Shown here piece by piece: positions 17,638 to 20,000 of a stretch of 20,000 bases of DNA (positions are counted from its first letter, which is position 1; each line of letters opens with the position of its first letter). A model generated the notes under the pieces. The model saw only the letters and a program-made list of their open reading frames with translations. It ran no database searches and had not been told where the DNA came from. The stretch lies in sequence record SRR31156797_1064. The stretch is one strand, 5' to 3'. A program made the translations under genes and the position numbers.

Positions 17638-17679
17638 AAAACCCTGTCTTCTGCTTTGCAGAAGACAGGGTTTTTTTTT
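17638..17679. terminator. Bidirectional intrinsic terminator between convergent genes
   Basis: AAAACCCTGTCTTCTGC-TTT-GCAGAAGACAGGGTTTT is a perfect 17-bp stem with a 9-T tract on the + side and a short A-tract on the other side. Confidence 0.9.
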
Positions 17680-17732
17680 ATGTGCTATGTACATTGTCGC
17701 CATATCTTGACTGGGGAGACGACCAACATTTT

Positions 17733-18416
17733 TCAGCGAGGCAGCAGCTCTTTGAAATATTCAATGGATGGGAACCTGCATGAATACTGAACCCGCTGTC
17801 TACTGCTGGGTCGGGCAACAAAAAGTAGGTGGCCCATGCCATATTGCTCTGCTGAAGAGAGAACCTTCTCCGTGTCATCAATAAGCAACGTCCGGTTTTT
17901 ATCATAGTTGAGAACTCTTTCCAATTTGTTCCAGAAAAGTGGCTCTTCTTTGGCATAGCCAATTTCTTCGGCGCAGATAATTTGATCAAACCACGGGCTA
18001 AGGGCTGTTTTTTCAAGCTTTATAGAGAGTGTGCTTGAATGAGCGTTGGTTACAAGATAGAGCTTTTTGCGCATCTTGATACAGGATTCAAGGAATTCAA
18101 TTACATAAGGATGGACACCTATGAGGTGGTTGATACGCAGCTTGAGTTCAGGGATGTCCAGACCCAGTTCACGGGACCAGAAACTGGTGTCAGCCCAAGT
18201 TAAGGTGTTCTCAACCTCAGAATATCTATCAAGCAGTTCCTTTTTAGCCGCTTCCACCGAAATGTCACGGACGAGACTATAGTGTTCTGGCAAGTATTGT
18301 TCCCAGAAGTAGTCATCAAAATGTTTGTCCAACAGGGTGCCGTCCATGTCTAAAAGGACGGTATCAATGGCGTCCCATGAGAACTCAGGTATTGTTTTAT
18401 CGCAGTAATTTTGCAT
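17733..18416 (-). CDS. yrfG: HAD-superfamily hydrolase, GMP/IMP nucleotidase YrfG-like
   Basis: IDTVLLDMDGTLLD.HFD.YFW, W...FWSRELGLDI, LVTNAH, GYAKE...FW and TLLIDD. It starts 5 bp after the mfd stop. Confidence 0.8.
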   Translation of the reverse strand: MQNYCDKTIPEFSWDAIDTVLLDMDGTLLDKHFDDYFWEQYLPEHYSLVRDISVEAAKKELLDRYSEVENTLTWADTSFWSRELGLDIPELKLRINHLIGVHPYVIEFLESCIKMRKKLYLVTNAHSSTLSIKLEKTALSPWFDQIICAEEIGYAKEEPLFWNKLERVLNYDKNRTLLIDDTEKVLSSAEQYGMGHLLFVARPSSRQRVQYSCRFPSIEYFKELLPR

Positions 18417-18421
18417 GATGG

Positions 18422-20000
18422 TTAATTGTCCTCAAGGGTGTTGAGCACCGTGTTTATTTGTTGATGAAGGCTTTTGTCTCCGGTAAACGGCACCAGAAGT
18501 CGATGATCAGGTGTCAGGCGCGGAGCATCTTCTAATTTGCCTTTGTGGTTTTGGATCAGAACAATGAGCCGTTGCGGATCAAGGGGGCTGTTTTTCACGA
18601 AGTGAAAGACAAGCATTTTGGGTGATTGCTCCAGCTTGTTTATATAAAGCGGGCGCAGTCTCTGTTTGAGTTCGATTATTTTAACCAGGTTTTGCGCTTC
18701 CTCCGGTAAGGGCCCGTAGCGATCGGTGAGTTCCTCGCAGAGATCTTGTAGTTCTTCATACGTAGTGTTGCCCATAGCAGAGAGACGTCGATACGCCTGA
18801 TAACGCTGGGGAGTATCTGTGATGTAGTCGTCTGGGAGAAATGCTGTAAATTGCAGTTTAACTTCTGGGTCAATATCAATAATGACGGATTGACCGTTTT
18901 CGCGCGCCTGTGCCTGTTTTTTGAGATCTGCAACCGTTGCCTGGAGGAGTTCCAGGTAGAGGTCGTAGCCCACAGCCGCAATATGCCCAGACTGAGAAAC
19001 ACCTAGCAGATTCCCGCCGCCCCGGATTTGGAGATCATTCATGGCTAATTTGAAGCCGCTGCCAAGTTCTGAGTTGTCCATCAGGGCGCGAAGCCGCTTT
19101 TTAGCATCAGGAGTCAAGCTGTCCAGAGAAGGTACAAACAGGTAGGCATATGCCTGTCGTGAGGAGCGACCAACGCGGCCGCGTAGCTGATAAATATCGG
19201 CAAGACCCAGGTGGTCGGCGCGGTTGATGATGATGGTATTAGCGTTGGGGATATCAAGGCCGGACTCGATGATGGTGGTACAGACAAGAATGTCGATTTT
19301 GTGATTAATAAACTGCACCATCACGTCCTCAAGCTGCTGGCCAGACATCTGGCCATGGGCAATCCCAATGCGCGCCTGAGGAACCAGGTTAGATATGGTT
19401 TCTGCGACTCGTTGGATGGTGCGGACCCGGTTATGGACGAAAAACAACTGGCCGCCTCGCTGCATCTCTTTCATCACCGCTTCCCTGATAACCAATTGAT
19501 CGTGACGGGCTAGAAAGGTTTTAACCGCTCTACGTTGTTGAGGCGGGGTAGAAATAACCGATAGGTCTCTTATGCCGAGTAACGACATTTGCAGAGTCCT
19601 TGGAATGGGAGTTGCGGTTAGGGTAAGGACGTCGACCGAGGCTTTAATCCGTTTAATTTTCTCCTTGTGACTGACCCCAAATCGATGTTCTTCATCGATG
19701 ATGAGCAGGCCCAGTCGATTGAATTGAATATCTTTAGAGAGCAACCTATGGGTGCCGACAACAAGATCAATTGAACCCTCGGCCACACCTGCACTAATTT
19801 CTTTTTGTTGTTTGGTGGTACGGAACCGGTTCAAACATTTTATCTCAACCGGAAAGGAGGTGAAACGATCGCGAAAGGTGGCTGCATGCTGCTCTGCCAG
19901 TACGGTGGTTGGGACAAGGATGGCTACCTGAAACCCGTCCTCTATCGCTTTAAACGCCGCCCTTGCTGCAACCTCGGTCTTGCCGTAGCCGACATCCCCG
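18422..20000 (-). CDS. mfd: Transcription-repair coupling factor, 3' part (continues beyond the right edge)
   Basis: The frame is open to the window edge: GDVGYGKTEVA (Walker A), PTTVLAEQH, DEEHRFG, LTATPIPRTL, QLRGRVGRS, DLQIRGGGNLLG.QSGH and a C-terminal TRCF domain (DRYGPLP). Confidence 0.97.
   Translation of the reverse strand, partial: GDVGYGKTEVAARAAFKAIEDGFQVAILVPTTVLAEQHAATFRDRFTSFPVEIKCLNRFRTTKQQKEISAGVAEGSIDLVVGTHRLLSKDIQFNRLGLLIIDEEHRFGVSHKEKIKRIKASVDVLTLTATPIPRTLQMSLLGIRDLSVISTPPQQRRAVKTFLARHDQLVIREAVMKEMQRGGQLFFVHNRVRTIQRVAETISNLVPQARIGIAHGQMSGQQLEDVMVQFINHKIDILVCTTIIESGLDIPNANTIIINRADHLGLADIYQLRGRVGRSSRQAYAYLFVPSLDSLTPDAKKRLRALMDNSELGSGFKLAMNDLQIRGGGNLLGVSQSGHIAAVGYDLYLELLQATVADLKKQAQARENGQSVIIDIDPEVKLQFTAFLPDDYITDTPQRYQAYRRLSAMGNTTYEELQDLCEELTDRYGPLPEEAQNLVKIIELKQRLRPLYINKLEQSPKMLVFHFVKNSPLDPQRLIVLIQNHKGKLEDAPRLTPDHRLLVPFTGDKSLHQQINTVLNTLEDN

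Noticed and set aside
17733-20000. mfd-yrfG coupling as a novel repair module
   Set aside because: Both look like ordinary housekeeping genes. A 5-bp gap alone does not support a shared function.

Overview
Chromosomal window of roughly 45% GC. Gene content and style suggest a sulfate-reducing Desulfobacterota (Desulfobulbales-like) genome; this is inference only. Left to right it holds: the 5' end of a membrane-anchored protein gene (-); an Ste24/M48 metalloprotease and an SprT-like/DUF2786 HExxH protein (+); a Cache-HAMP-PAS-GGDEF-EAL protein (-); a glnHPQ-type polar amino acid ABC transporter followed by a D-amino-acid aminotransferase (-); a four-gene signalling cluster (+); a membrane-anchored coiled-coil hypothetical protein; a small inverted-repeat element; a YrfG-like HAD nucleotidase; and the 3' part of mfd (-). 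The main candidate for a novel system is the cluster at 9653-16238. It encodes a FadL-family outer-membrane fatty-acid channel, a cNMP-binding domain fused to a SAM methyltransferase resembling Ralstonia PhcB (fatty-acid methyl ester quorum-signal synthase), and two paralogous multi-TM-PAS-HD-GYP proteins, one canonical and one partly degenerate. Together these look like a fatty-acid-ester cell-cell signalling module wired directly to cyclic-dinucleotide hydrolysis instead of to a histidine kinase. Family assignments come from motif recognition, not database searches.
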